A stretch of 64,000 nucleotides of DNA, taken from Candidatus Bathyarchaeota archaeon. GTDB taxonomy: Archaea > Thermoproteota > Bathyarchaeia > Bathyarchaeales > Bathycorpusculaceae. The position numbers and the translations under genes were made by a program. Under the pieces are notes generated by a model. The model was given only the letters and a program-made list of their open reading frames with translations, searched no databases and was not told the origin of the DNA. Positions 9,644-21,000 of this stretch are shown here, one piece after another (position 1 is the first letter of the stretch; each line of letters begins with the position of its first letter). The stretch lies in NCBI GenBank assembly GCA_963733095.1, contig CAVTBV010000012.1, forward strand, positions 416,001 to 480,000, in the 5' to 3' direction.

Positions 9644-10666
9644 TTAGATTAGTTTTTCTTTCCACACTTGAGGTGCCTTCTTGGTTATCTCCAACGGCAG
9701 TCTATAGGTTGGCTCCTGTGGACCGACCTCTTTTGCCCACTTAGCCATTATCTTGATACCTTCACGCAACAAAGTTGAGGTTTTGTAGTTGAGTAACTTT
9801 TCAGATTTTTCAGCAGTGCAGAAGGCGTATTTTACCTCTCCAGGTCTTTCATCCTGATAAATGGGTTTTATTTTGCTATCCATGGCGTTTAGGACAACTT
9901 GGCATGCTTCGTTTACTGATGTAACCTCTTTGCTTCCTACATTAATAATCTGTCCGTTAGCTTTGTTATTCAACCCTGCATTTGCAATTGCGGGAGCTAC
10001 GTCACCGATGTAGGAAAAAGCTCTTTCTTGCTTGCCGTCTCCAAAAATGTAGGGTTCTTTTCCTTTCATTATTCTATTTATCCAAATCCCCAAAACATTC
10101 CTGAAAGGATCAGAGATATTTTGTCTGGGTCCATAAACATTATGGGGTCTTAAAATTGCATAGTCAAAATTATAAGTATGTGCGAAAATCTTAAGCATGC
10201 TTTCACAATAAGCCTTGCCGCATCCATAGGGGTCCTCCGGCAGAGGGATCATATCTTCATTGAAGGGTGGTTGTTGACTTCCGTAGACGGCCATTGAAGA
10301 GGTAAAAACGAATTTTTGGACATTGTTGTTTACTGCAGCAACCAACAAGTTATTCATGGGTGTTATGTTGATGTCGTTAATTTCGATCGGTGAAAATATT
10401 GATTGCCCCTCAGCTGCGTAAGCAGCTAAATGGAAAACTGTATCGAATTTTTCGTCGCCAAAAATTCTGTTGACTTTTTGGTGATCTCTAAGGTCAGCCT
10501 TGATAAATTTGCTTTTCGTATTAACGTTAGATTTGAAGCCACCGCTTAGATCATCAACAGATACAACGTTATGACCTCTATCAACCAGTTCGTCAACAAG
10601 CCATGAACCTATGAAACCTGCTCCACCAGTCACAAGCATCTTTTTGTGTTCGACCACGTTAATCAA
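9644..10666 (-). CDS. NAD-dependent nucleotide-sugar epimerase/dehydratase
   Basis: VTGGAGFIGS, SSMAVYG, YGCGK (YxxxK), NVYGPRQ. Confidence 0.9.
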   Translation of the reverse strand: MINVVEHKKMLVTGGAGFIGSWLVDELVDRGHNVVSVDDLSGGFKSNVNTKSKFIKADLRDHQKVNRIFGDEKFDTVFHLAAYAAEGQSIFSPIEINDINITPMNNLLVAAVNNNVQKFVFTSSMAVYGSQQPPFNEDMIPLPEDPYGCGKAYCESMLKIFAHTYNFDYAILRPHNVYGPRQNISDPFRNVLGIWINRIMKGKEPYIFGDGKQERAFSYIGDVAPAIANAGLNNKANGQIINVGSKEVTSVNEACQVVLNAMDSKIKPIYQDERPGEVKYAFCTAEKSEKLLNYKTSTLLREGIKIMAKWAKEVGPQEPTYRLPLEITKKAPQVWKEKLI

Positions 10667-10826
10667 CCTTGAATTCGTTTATCTTGAAGGGTCTAATATT
10701 ATTAACTATATTGTCCGATGTACGGCGCTATTTTTGGTTTAAGCTTCGACACGATCAAATAAAATATTGACAGAATGCCGTACCAGTTTTCGAACTTCAT
10801 TTCTGGGAATGATTAAATGGTATTTT

Positions 10827-11708
10827 CTACCTCCTACGTAACCTTAGCTGTACCTTGTTTCTGCTTATCCAATTAAAAACAGGAATAAGCGGACCCTTGA
10901 GGAACTGTGGCAAGGCATCTTTGAAGTCCCGATGTAAACCTAAACGTATAGCAAGTTTACCCTTGGAGGTTATGGGTACATAGTAGCGGGCTATGGAGTA
11001 TTTTGTAAAACCGTTGCTTTCCTTGAACTTATCAAGTGAGGGGTGATTGCCTATTCGTCCATACATTAGCCACTTATTACCGTTGGCTGCACAAACTTCC
11101 ACCGCCTTGGCTAGAAGTGCATTGTTTAGAGATTTATCCCAGTGTTTCTGCAACGACAGAATCTGTGAGATTATGGCTATGTTGTCTCCGTAGATAATTT
11201 GGATGAATCCAACAAGTTCTTCCCCCAGATAGGCGCCGATAAAAGTGGATTTTTTAGCTAATTGCATGTTGTCGGTGACCGATTTGATTGATTCACCAAA
11301 ATGAGAGAAGGCTCTACCCTGGCGAATAGGGGTTTCATTGTAGATTTTCCATATACCCTCAACTAGCTGCGGGTTAAGTTCGACGGCCTTCACTTTTACG
11401 CCGCTCTTCTCGGCCCGGCGAACCATGTTACGTGTTTTTTTCCCCACCGCGTTAAACCAAGCGTCAAAAGTAGTTATTTCCATCAAACCCACATTGTCAT
11501 CGGTTCTTATCCAGCTTTTTGGCGGGTTAGCGAGGGGGCAACACCAAGTTCTTTCAAGGAAAGTGTAGATATCGACTCCTTCTTCACCTAAATTTTTAAC
11601 GAACCCCTCAGTAGCAATCACATCTTTCTCATATTCCTGATTGTTTTTTGCTATTCGGAAAAAAAGCTTTTTCCTTATTCGAAGTGCATCAAGCGTCTTA
11701 GTCCACAT
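10827..11708 (-). CDS. Hypothetical protein, probable GNAT/FemAB-like fold
   Basis: KTRNMVRRAEKSGV and LDKFKESNGF segments resemble FemAB/GNAT-like proteins of glycan loci. Confidence 0.55.
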   Translation of the reverse strand: MWTKTLDALRIRKKLFFRIAKNNQEYEKDVIATEGFVKNLGEEGVDIYTFLERTWCCPLANPPKSWIRTDDNVGLMEITTFDAWFNAVGKKTRNMVRRAEKSGVKVKAVELNPQLVEGIWKIYNETPIRQGRAFSHFGESIKSVTDNMQLAKKSTFIGAYLGEELVGFIQIIYGDNIAIISQILSLQKHWDKSLNNALLAKAVEVCAANGNKWLMYGRIGNHPSLDKFKESNGFTKYSIARYYVPITSKGKLAIRLGLHRDFKDALPQFLKGPLIPVFNWISRNKVQLRLRRR

Positions 11709-12327
11709 CCAAAATTAATTTTAATGCCTCATAGAAAGGTCCCCGGCGGTTCTTTTCACCCTTCTTAAAAAGCCATTCAGGATGAATCGATATGACGGTA
11801 CCTTGATGAATCCAGATTTCTGCTTCTTTTTTCACCGAGTCCAATCCCGCTTCATAGACCCGCCTATCTAAACCTGTTGTCGTAAACTCATGGAAGGATT
11901 TAACTGGAAAATCGATAGGAACACTCGCCTGTTTTTGGCCTATTTTACGTCTCCATAGCAGCTGCGCAAGTAGGTTTGAAGTGCCATGGAAAGTGTAGTA
12001 TTGTATTGCCCGTCCTGTTTCTTTCTCGAGCGTTTTCCATTCCTTGAGTGCATTGTTAGCGATATGCAAACCAACTTCATGGCGCTCGGGACCAAGTAGT
12101 TCAAGAAGTTTTTTGTCTGGGATTGTGTATGGAGTGAAGAACCAGTATGCCATGATTTTTCTAGGTGACGCATTAATCATTTGAGCGATAATACGAGCGT
12201 TTCTAAGGTAACTTTTACCTTTGTTTGTTTTGATGCCTAACACTACATAGAGAAAACTTTTAGCTCTTGACGAGGGATAAGGATAATCCACGTCAATTCT
12301 AAGTTTAATTGTTGGTTGCTCGCTCAC
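11698..12327 (-). CDS. Polysaccharide-deacetylase-like protein
   Basis: LRIDVD, HEVGLH, FHG and IHPEW motifs; overlaps the next gene. Confidence 0.55.
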   Translation of the reverse strand: MSEQPTIKLRIDVDYPYPSSRAKSFLYVVLGIKTNKGKSYLRNARIIAQMINASPRKIMAYWFFTPYTIPDKKLLELLGPERHEVGLHIANNALKEWKTLEKETGRAIQYYTFHGTSNLLAQLLWRRKIGQKQASVPIDFPVKSFHEFTTTGLDRRVYEAGLDSVKKEAEIWIHQGTVISIHPEWLFKKGEKNRRGPFYEALKLILDVD

Positions 12328-12436
12328 TATAGAGGTCTCCGCTTCACAATTGGCGCTGTTTTGCGTTTGGCATTCTTATTTCTTGCTTCTTTTATGAAAA
12401 CTTATCTGTTTAACCATAGGGCGCAAAATCGGGACC

Positions 12437-13369
12437 TCAAAGTTTTCGAATCCTTTCGTACAGTTCGTCTCGAACGTAGTATTGCTTGGTTTTTGGGTTA
12501 GCGATGAATTCTTGAATAATTGAAGGATGCTGTTTTCTATCCACAAAGCCGTATGGTTCAGGGTAGCGGTATCTAAGCTTGTATTGTATGTCCATCAAAA
12601 ATTCGGAGGCTAACTTCCAAAACTCGGGGTCGTCTTCACGAGACTCTAATGTATCGAATAATTCTTGGAATTTTGACATCGTGAAGTATTCCGCGTGCCG
12701 CTTGGCTTTTTTTAGGAAACTCTCTGGGAAGAGCGCCCAGTACCGATAGACAGGTTTAGGCAGGTAGATTGCTCTGGAAAGGTGGTCGTGACAGTTATTA
12801 GCATAAACTAGTTCTATGCCTTTGTCTAAATAGTTGGATAGTCGTTTAGGGTTCAAGAGTGCTTTAAGTTTTTTCTTTCTCAGATATTTCTTGTCTAGAC
12901 CCAGTCTCCAAGCATCCTCTATTGCTATTACTTCGGTAAGATTTTTTGAGAAGCGGAACCGGAATTCATCGTTAAGTTTGCGGTTATTCAGCAACTGCAC
13001 GAAGGGAAAACTGAACGTATTAACGGTTGGATAAATGATTGGTAGTGCCTTGATATAGGCGACGGCTATTTCAGGAATTATTTCGTTGGCTTGAACCGAA
13101 AATACATACTCGTATTGGCACCTGTTGCGTACCTCGTTGGTGACGTCGGCTAGTACAGTCATGTTTTTTTTCTCAGGCCATCGATAACGATAAATCTTAA
13201 CTTTGGGGTTCACCGTAACGATTTTTTCTAGAATTTCGTAAGTTCCATCTGTCGAGTAACCATCTGAAACTAAAAATTCATCGCATGCAGGTAAGGCAGA
13301 AGCGATTGCTTCAACGAAGGGATAACCTTGCTCTAGAACGTTCTTAACTATCATGAACCCTGAAATCAT
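12437..13369 (-). CDS. Glycosyltransferase family 2-like
   Basis: ISGFMIVKN..GYPFVEAI, DGYSTDGT. Confidence 0.8.
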   Translation of the reverse strand: MISGFMIVKNVLEQGYPFVEAIASALPACDEFLVSDGYSTDGTYEILEKIVTVNPKVKIYRYRWPEKKNMTVLADVTNEVRNRCQYEYVFSVQANEIIPEIAVAYIKALPIIYPTVNTFSFPFVQLLNNRKLNDEFRFRFSKNLTEVIAIEDAWRLGLDKKYLRKKKLKALLNPKRLSNYLDKGIELVYANNCHDHLSRAIYLPKPVYRYWALFPESFLKKAKRHAEYFTMSKFQELFDTLESREDDPEFWKLASEFLMDIQYKLRYRYPEPYGFVDRKQHPSIIQEFIANPKTKQYYVRDELYERIRKL

Positions 13370-13444
13370 ACAAACAAATTGGCTAAAGTTGTTTAATAAT
13401 ACTTGCGGCGATTTAATGCTCTAAAACTAATTAATTCTAATAAT

Positions 13445-14286
13445 CTAATGTATCTTCTTTAACTTCCTCTTACATGAGGCGTACAGTGTCTCAAAAGTAG
13501 TTGGGCGTCGGTATCTCTCTGGCTGCCATTGAATGGTGCTTGCATTAACTAGTTTGAACTGATTTTCATCAAAAAGAATATACCACCCCCACTTTATGCG
13601 TGGTGAATTTTTGAGCAATTCTAGGTTTGAAGCAGAAATGTCATCTTTTTGGTCGCGGTCTCGACGAGGTTTGAGTGGTATACAAACTGAACAAAGTTGG
13701 CAAAAAGTCGAAATTTGTTTTTGGAAAGCAGAGATGGGTTTATTCCACCATCTAGATTCTCTATAGGTAAGCCGAGATTGTATCCCAGAACCATATCGAA
13801 GGCACCCATAACTTCGCAGCGATAACATCCCTTTGGCGTAATGCTTGGACTCCATTGATCAGCGAGCCAGCATGAGCTTATCAACCTATCGCGGGTTGCC
13901 TCATCCTTTACAAGGTCTTTACTTGTACATAGGATTGGCTGGTGAACAACTGTTTCTGAATGAGGATTATAATAGACAACGCCGTAATTTTCCCTTATGA
14001 GCTCTTCTTTTCCAAAGAAATTCGATTTCCATATTCCTCTTTGTTCTTTCTTTTGAATTTTTGATACAAAGTACTCTGTGAATTCTTTGATTTGAGGATG
14101 CAGAGATGTATTTCCGCCTATTAACCCTATAACTTATGGTCAGTCCTCAAGTGAATCCACTGCTTTCTTAAAAAAATCAAGTTCCATATCCCATGTCGGA
14201 ACATACGAAATAAGATGCGTGCAGTTCAAACATCTATTTTCACAACGATTAGATGTCTATTTGGATACACCAGGTATCTCTAGCAT
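13445..14286 (-). pseudogene. Degraded radical SAM gene
   Basis: IQIDI/NRCENRCLNC (CxxxCxxC at 14244-14221), then in-frame TGA/TAA and several frameshifts; C-terminal CWLADQWSPSITPKGCYRCE and CQLC fragments. Confidence 0.75.
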
Positions 14287-14528
14287 CTTTCAAGAGATGA
14301 TCTTCGATTTGTTTTACCTTTTGTTAATTGGGAGGGTTTAGTGGTGAAACAATTGTTGTTCGACCGTATATATTTAACCTTTAATGTCGATTTTTTCAGG
14401 AAGATTAAAGACGTAACAATTCAAGTTAAAGTTCTAAAAAATACAAAACTTGCTAATTCATCGTAAGCTCAAATCATGAATAATTCGTTATCAGGAATCG
14501 ATCGCCGATGGCTAGGCATTTATGTAAC

Positions 14529-15659
14529 TCAGGTAATAGTTTGAAGTTCAGACCAAACCTGTTCTCGGAAGGTTTGAGGCGTTAGCATCGAAATCTTCCG
14601 CCATAGTTGTTCACGTTTGGGCCCCCAGTCGGTGTCTTCATCGACGGGTTGCAGGTACCTCTTGATTTTTTCTTTCAAGTCATCATAGTTGTTCCATCGG
14701 AACTCTTCAGGGATAAACTCTTTCATGCCACCACTGTTATGGACAATAGTGACGCATCCGCTTGCTAAGCCTTCAACGGGAGCTATGCCAAAGTGTTCTC
14801 CTTCCATCAGGTGAACGTAGATTCGGGAATCATGCAGAACATTAAGCAGTTCGGGCCCGGGCAAGTTGGTTTTAAGTTTATAGTTCGGTGGAAGATCCGC
14901 TGAGAAATTATTGAACCATGCTTGTTCTGCATCGATTAATCCACCTACGCTTACAAACTCGTAGGCTGGCAAATCCATTGCCAACTTTTTCATTATTTCA
15001 TGTCTTTTAACTGGAATAAAACGAGCCACATAGATTACCCGTTTACTGCGTTTTTCCAATGGCTTATCAGACCAAAATTTGTCAAGGTTAACTGGAGGAT
15101 AGACTACGATGGGATTTTTTACGCCATGTGTTTTCCAGTAGTGTTCTATGGCTTCTTTGGTGTAGTTGCTATTGCAGAACACCAAATCCAACTTATCTAT
15201 ACCCTGCTCTACCCAATGCTTAAACAGCCACAGATACAGTTTCCTTTTAAGCCCTGACTTAGCATAGTCGAAGTGTATTTCTGGAAAGTGAACATAAGCG
15301 ATGTTTTTTTTGGCTTTATCGAGAAAGACAGGTTCAAACGGAGAGGAAGATTGCGTCGAAAACAAGTAATCATAGTTTAACTGGGCGCGGTATTTTTTTA
15401 GCAGCTTGACGAAGTTGCGGTGTCTTTTGTAAATTGTAAAAGGAGGCTTAACTTCAATGCGTTTACCCATCGAGTGAACGACAACTTCCTTTGGAAATTC
15501 TTCTCCAACAATGTCTCGGTACCTACCAGCGTCAAAATCAAACGTTAGCAATTCGACTTTTTGCCCATGACCAACTAGAGTTTTAATTACGCCATGGCAG
15601 ACACGTTCGCCGCCGCCGTAAATGTCGAGGTATGGGTGAACTACAAGGAAGGTTGCCAA
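14529..15659 (-). CDS. GT4 glycosyltransferase, ALG11-like
   Basis: HPY..xGGGERV, YVHFP, NSNYT, EHFGIAPVE, HNSGG. Confidence 0.85.
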   Translation of the reverse strand: MATFLVVHPYLDIYGGGERVCHGVIKTLVGHGQKVELLTFDFDAGRYRDIVGEEFPKEVVVHSMGKRIEVKPPFTIYKRHRNFVKLLKKYRAQLNYDYLFSTQSSSPFEPVFLDKAKKNIAYVHFPEIHFDYAKSGLKRKLYLWLFKHWVEQGIDKLDLVFCNSNYTKEAIEHYWKTHGVKNPIVVYPPVNLDKFWSDKPLEKRSKRVIYVARFIPVKRHEIMKKLAMDLPAYEFVSVGGLIDAEQAWFNNFSADLPPNYKLKTNLPGPELLNVLHDSRIYVHLMEGEHFGIAPVEGLASGCVTIVHNSGGMKEFIPEEFRWNNYDDLKEKIKRYLQPVDEDTDWGPKREQLWRKISMLTPQTFREQVWSELQTIT

Positions 15660-15768
15660 CTCAATTATGCCTCAGGTCAGTGTGAGTTACATTTCCCTCT
15701 TGGAGTTTAAGAAGTTTGCCTGAGCACCTAAAGAAGCAAAATATATACGCCTGCATAGAAAGTGAGTA

Positions 15769-17187
15769 GTGGATGACAGTTTTGGTGACAAAAAGAAAAT
15801 GGCACCCCAAGAAAAGAAGTTAAAAGTCGTTTTTGCTGACCCCCCGTTTGGTCGGGAATCGAAAGGGGAAGCCGTAACAGAGTCGCCGAACCTTGGAATC
15901 CTCTACATCATCGGCTACGCCAAGCCACGACTGCCCAACGTAGAATTCACTTATCTTGAACCATTCCTTTCCATGGAGGAACATCTCGAAAAAGTCAAGG
16001 AAATCAAGCCTGACGTTTACGCCATATCCTTCACTACCCCGAGAAGAGAGCTGTCCTTTGAAACGATATCAAAAGTCAAAGCGTTAGGGCTCGACATGCT
16101 TATGGTTGCAGGCGGCGCCCACCCAACCATTGACCCGCAAGATGTCCTCAAAAACACCCCAATCGAAGTATGCATCCTAGGAGAGGGCGAAGAAACCACT
16201 ACTGAATTACTCAGAAAAAACCAAGCCAAAGAACCCATAACAGACATCGTAGGAACAGTCAACAAGCAGAAAAACAACGGCGTAAGACCACTTCTAAAGA
16301 ACATCGATTTCTTCCCTGAATGGGACCTAATAGACTTCGAAAACTATGACATAGCAGTGAGCAAAAAGAAACGCATGGCATATCTTCTTCCAATACGCGG
16401 TTGCCCCAACAACTGCACATACTGCTCAAACCCAGTGTGGAAACTTGAAAAGCCCTGGGTAAGACAGCGCTCACCCAAAAACATCGCTGAAGAAATCAAC
16501 TATCTCTACGGCAGAGGCATCCGAGAAATCTACCTGCGCTCCGACACTTTCAACGTTGATATTAAATGGTGCTTGGAAGTCTGCAACGAAATCCAAAAAC
16601 TCAACCTCAAGGGAATGTCTTTCCAGTGTAACCTGCGGGCGGACAAGTTAAACGATGAATTAGCCCAGAAGCTAAGTGACATCCATGTTTGGCTGGTTCA
16701 CATTGGCCTTGAATCCGCCAACGACCGCGTGCTTAAAGGAATCGGCAAAAATGCGACACAAGCCGACAACTTACGAACTCTTGAGCTGCTGAGGAAGTAC
16801 CACATTAAGGTCTACGGTTTCTTGATGCTCTATAACGCTTGGGAAATAAACGACAAACTCGAATATGAAACACCCGAAGAGGTCAAAAACACATTAGAAT
16901 TTGCCAGAAAATGCCTAAGCGAGAACCTAATTGAGTACATTTCATGGTCCATAACCAACCCCATCATCGGCTCTAAACTTTACGAAATCGCCAAAAAGTT
17001 TGGCATAGCCAGTTATAACGTTAAAATCGGCAACTGCATGCGCCTCCCAGACATAAGCGAACAGCAAATGGTTGAACACGTCAAGCAGGGCATGATTCTG
17101 CAACTGCTAAACGGAATCCAGAAGGGCATGATTACAAAGAAGAATAAGCGGGCGTCGCAGAAAGCGGCTAAAATCTTAAAAATGTAA
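15769..17187 (+). CDS. B12-binding-domain radical SAM protein
   Basis: PNLGILYI, AGGAHPT, GEGE, RGCPNNCTYC, GLES. True start may be ATG 15799. Confidence 0.9.
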   Translation: MDDSFGDKKKMAPQEKKLKVVFADPPFGRESKGEAVTESPNLGILYIIGYAKPRLPNVEFTYLEPFLSMEEHLEKVKEIKPDVYAISFTTPRRELSFETISKVKALGLDMLMVAGGAHPTIDPQDVLKNTPIEVCILGEGEETTTELLRKNQAKEPITDIVGTVNKQKNNGVRPLLKNIDFFPEWDLIDFENYDIAVSKKKRMAYLLPIRGCPNNCTYCSNPVWKLEKPWVRQRSPKNIAEEINYLYGRGIREIYLRSDTFNVDIKWCLEVCNEIQKLNLKGMSFQCNLRADKLNDELAQKLSDIHVWLVHIGLESANDRVLKGIGKNATQADNLRTLELLRKYHIKVYGFLMLYNAWEINDKLEYETPEEVKNTLEFARKCLSENLIEYISWSITNPIIGSKLYEIAKKFGIASYNVKIGNCMRLPDISEQQMVEHVKQGMILQLLNGIQKGMITKKNKRASQKAAKILKM

Positions 17188-17238
17188 TTTTTTTATCCAA
17201 ATTGCGTTTTGGAAGATGCGATAAACTATTTAACTTAA

Positions 17239-17985
17239 GTGAGAACATTATGCCCTATGCCTTCCTGCTCCGACAATGACATGAAAGTCGATTTTGTGGT
17301 GCCCTCAAGAGATGAGTCGAACCCAACGCTTATGCAGCAACTCAAGCATATGCCGTGCGCAGGGCAAATCATAAATACACATGAAAAACCGCTCAGTACC
17401 GCTCGCAAAAATGGGGTTCTGCAGGCTAACACCGAGTGGGTGGCGATGGTGGATGACGACATGCTTTTGCCTGATAACTGGCTTCAACTGGTAACCCGAG
17501 CCATTACTCCCAAGGTCGGCGCTATTGGCACGGTTGCAGTTCACAAGAACAAGCATGTTTCAGCATACGAACGTGTTGTGGGAACAGTTTATAACCTGAG
17601 CGAATTAGATACCAATCCACATATCAACAACATCATAATACGCCGTAAACTTATGGAAGACTACAATCCGCCCAAGTTATTTTTTGGGGAGGACCAGTAC
17701 TTTAAACGCTATGTGCAGAAAACAGGTTACACTTGGAAAGTTCTGCCGTTTCTGGGCGCGACTCATTTGGGTACATCAAAAAACTATGTCACAATCGGCA
17801 TATCCTATAGGCGATATGGGCACTTTAAGTTATATCAACTAACCAGACGGGTTGTAGCAAGGTTCATTTTTACGCCATACGCAGCGCTCATAAACTTGAG
17901 CTTCAAAACCCTCCAATACCTAACAAAGATAAACGTGGAATTTATCGCTGGCTGGGCAAAAGAGTTAGTTATAGAAAGGAAGTAG
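17239..17985 (+). CDS. Glycosyltransferase family 2
   Basis: VDFVVP, ARKNG, VDDD, GED. Start probably ATG 17281. Confidence 0.75.
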   Translation: MRTLCPMPSCSDNDMKVDFVVPSRDESNPTLMQQLKHMPCAGQIINTHEKPLSTARKNGVLQANTEWVAMVDDDMLLPDNWLQLVTRAITPKVGAIGTVAVHKNKHVSAYERVVGTVYNLSELDTNPHINNIIIRRKLMEDYNPPKLFFGEDQYFKRYVQKTGYTWKVLPFLGATHLGTSKNYVTIGISYRRYGHFKLYQLTRRVVARFIFTPYAALINLSFKTLQYLTKINVEFIAGWAKELVIERK

Positions 17986-18092
17986 ACAATTCTACCAACC
18001 GTTTTATATTCTAAAAGTAATTCATTGCAGAAACTATAGAGGGGGTAGGTTGGTAGGTTGGCATTGAATGAAAACAGCAAGCATCATGGTTT

Positions 18093-21000
18093 TTAAGTGC
18101 TTTTTTCAGCGAATTCAAGTGTGAATTTGGTTCCTTTATTCTCTTCGCTTTCGAACAATATGTTGCCTTTTAATGATTCCACGAGCCGTTTAACGACTGC
18201 TAAGCCTAAACCTTGACCTTTGGATTTTGTTGTGAAGAGGGGTGTGAACATTTTGGTTTTAACATGTTCTGGAATACCTACCCCCGTGTCTTCCACGGTC
18301 ACGATGGTTGTATCATTTTTCTTGTAAGCTTTGATAGTTAGTTTGCCTTCGTTTGGCATTGCTTGAACTGCGTTAGTCATCAAATTCGCTAGTATTCGTC
18401 GTAGGTATGCAATATCGGTCATGATTGGTTTTGCGTTATCTTTAACATCAGTTATGACTTGGATGCGTCTTGGAACGTTAATTGTTAAAAGTGTGCCCTC
18501 GATAAGCTCTGTTAGGTTTACAATTTGCAGGTTAGGTTTTAGAGGGCGAGTATAATCTTGCAAGTCACTAACTATCTTGTTGATATAGTTGAGGTTTTCA
18601 GTTACTGATTCTACACTTTCAAAGATGGCTTGTTTGCTATCGCCATCTTTCATAGTTTTTACTTCTTCAGTTATAAGGTACATGTCACTGGTTATCGCTT
18701 GGAGAGGATTACGGATATCGTGACCAACCATTCCTGCTGTTTGCCCGATAGCTGCCATACGCTCAGCATCCTTAAGCTGCTGTGCTCGCTGGTTGGCAAG
18801 TTCTTCCATCTGATTCGCATATTCCTCCAACAAGATAGCGTTTTCTTCAAGTTTAATCTGCGCTTTAATGCGCGCTTCTTCAGCAATCTTTAACTCGTCA
18901 ATATCCACGGTATAAATCCGTATTTGCTGGGTTTCAGGCACATGATAAAATTGTACATGGTACCAGTGATCAGCAACCTTCACTTCTTTGCCGAGGTTGT
19001 GTTTTGTTTTATCTTCAAAGTATTCGACGGTTTCTTGCCAGTTAGATAAGAAGGGATGATCGATTCCTAAAACTTCAAGGTCGGGGAAGAAAAGTTTTGT
19101 TGCAGGGTTAGCATATGTTATGTTTCCGTTAAAATCGACTTCAAAAACGGGGTTAGGGTTAAGGGTTGGAAATGAAGCCAGGCGCGAGATTTCCTTTTCT
19201 GCCCTCTTCCGCTCAGTTAGATCTACGTTTGATTCAAGGATGCTCTGTATTTCCTCATGTTCGGTTTCTTCGGCAAGCCACCAACTTTGAACAGTTACAT
19301 CTTGTCCGTCTTTGGTTTTATGCACTAACTCCCCTGACCAATGTTTGGTAGCGTTTAGTTCTGAAAGGATATTTTGGATATGATGCGGAAACTTTGTGTC
19401 AAAGAGTTGATGAGTCGTTTTGCCGATAGCTTCATCTTTTGTCCACCCATAAAGTTTTTCTGCGCCCTTACTCCAAAAAGTGATGGTACCATCGAGTTTT
19501 CTAACGATTATTGCATCGGGAGTGAGGTCGATTAGTGCAGCTTGACGCTGGATTGCAGCCTCGGTTTTTTTGCGTTCGGTAATGTCTCGATCCACAGAAA
19601 CATAACCTATGGGTTTGTTCATTTCGTTTCGCAGAAGGATCACGTGTGCTTCAACGTTGCGGAATCTGCCGTCTTTGGTTTGTCTGACAGATTCTGTTTC
19701 TACATGAGTGTCAGTGGACAGCTTATAAACCAATTTTTCCCGTGTAGTATTAGCGTAAACTCCCTTGAGTAAGTCGGCACCAGATTTTCCTAATGCTTCT
19801 TCTGCTTTGAAGCCATAAAGATGTTCGGCTGCCCTGTTCCAGAAAGTAACTTTCTGATTAAGGTCATAACCGATTATTGCATCGTTGGCGTTTTCAATCA
19901 TGAAAGCTTGTTGAGCTATTTTTTCTTGGACCTTTTTACGTTCGGTAATATCCCGAAACACGAGAACCACACCGGTGATTTTGCCGTCTTTATTCCTAAT
20001 GGGCGCTCCACTGTCATCGATTGGGACCTCGGTACAGTCCTTGCGTATCAAAACGGTATGGTTAGCTAAACCAACGATAATTCCTTTCTCAAGAACCTTT
20101 ACAACTGGGTTTTCGACTTCTTGACGAGTATTTTCGTTAATAATATTGAAGATTCTTTTTAGGGGTTGTTGTTTTGCCTCGCTGAGGTTCCAGCCGGTTA
20201 ATTTTTCTGCAACAATGTTCAAGAAAGTAACCTTGCCTTCCATATCGGTGGCGATTACTGCATCTCCGATGCTAGAGAGGGTAGTTGACCAACGCTGTTC
20301 AGATTGTCTAAGTGCCTCTTCAACAGTCTTACGACGAGTTATATCCACTAAAGTTGTTAGGATATGGTCTTCTCCTTGAAGACTAATTTTTTCAACAGAA
20401 ATAATCGTTGGAACCAACTTTCCAGTTTTAGTTCTAAAGGTCATTTCTAAATTGCGTATGCCATTTTCTTTTCTAAAAATCTCTAAAAATTCTCTCCAAC
20501 CATTCTTGCTGGAATAGATGTTAAGCTCGCTTGAAGTGTGACCAATCACTTCATCGCGTTTGTATTCGAACATTTTCAAGAAGGTCTCGTTCGCATCAAT
20601 GTAACGCCCATCCACTAGGCGCGTAATAATTACTGCAGCTGGGCTTTTATTGAAAGCTTTGAAGAAACGTTCCTCGCTTTGGCGTAGGGCGTCCTCGGCT
20701 TTCTTGCGTTCTGTTACATCCTCAAAAAGCGCCACGAAGTAGCCTTTTTCGGGGCAGTAAGCAGAAATTTTGTACCATTTCTGAAGGGGCTCAGCATAAT
20801 TTTCGAAAATAATAGATTCACATGTAAGGGCAACTTTTCCGTAAGTTCCTATCCAATCTGCCGGGTCGTTTTCTATGCCTTTGAGGACTTCAGTTACTTT
20901 TTTGCCGATGATTTGTTCTTTTTTTAGTCCAGTCATTTTTTCGAAGGCATCGTTAACTTCTAAAAAAACGTAGTCAACTGCCTTTCCATCTTTGTCCAAA

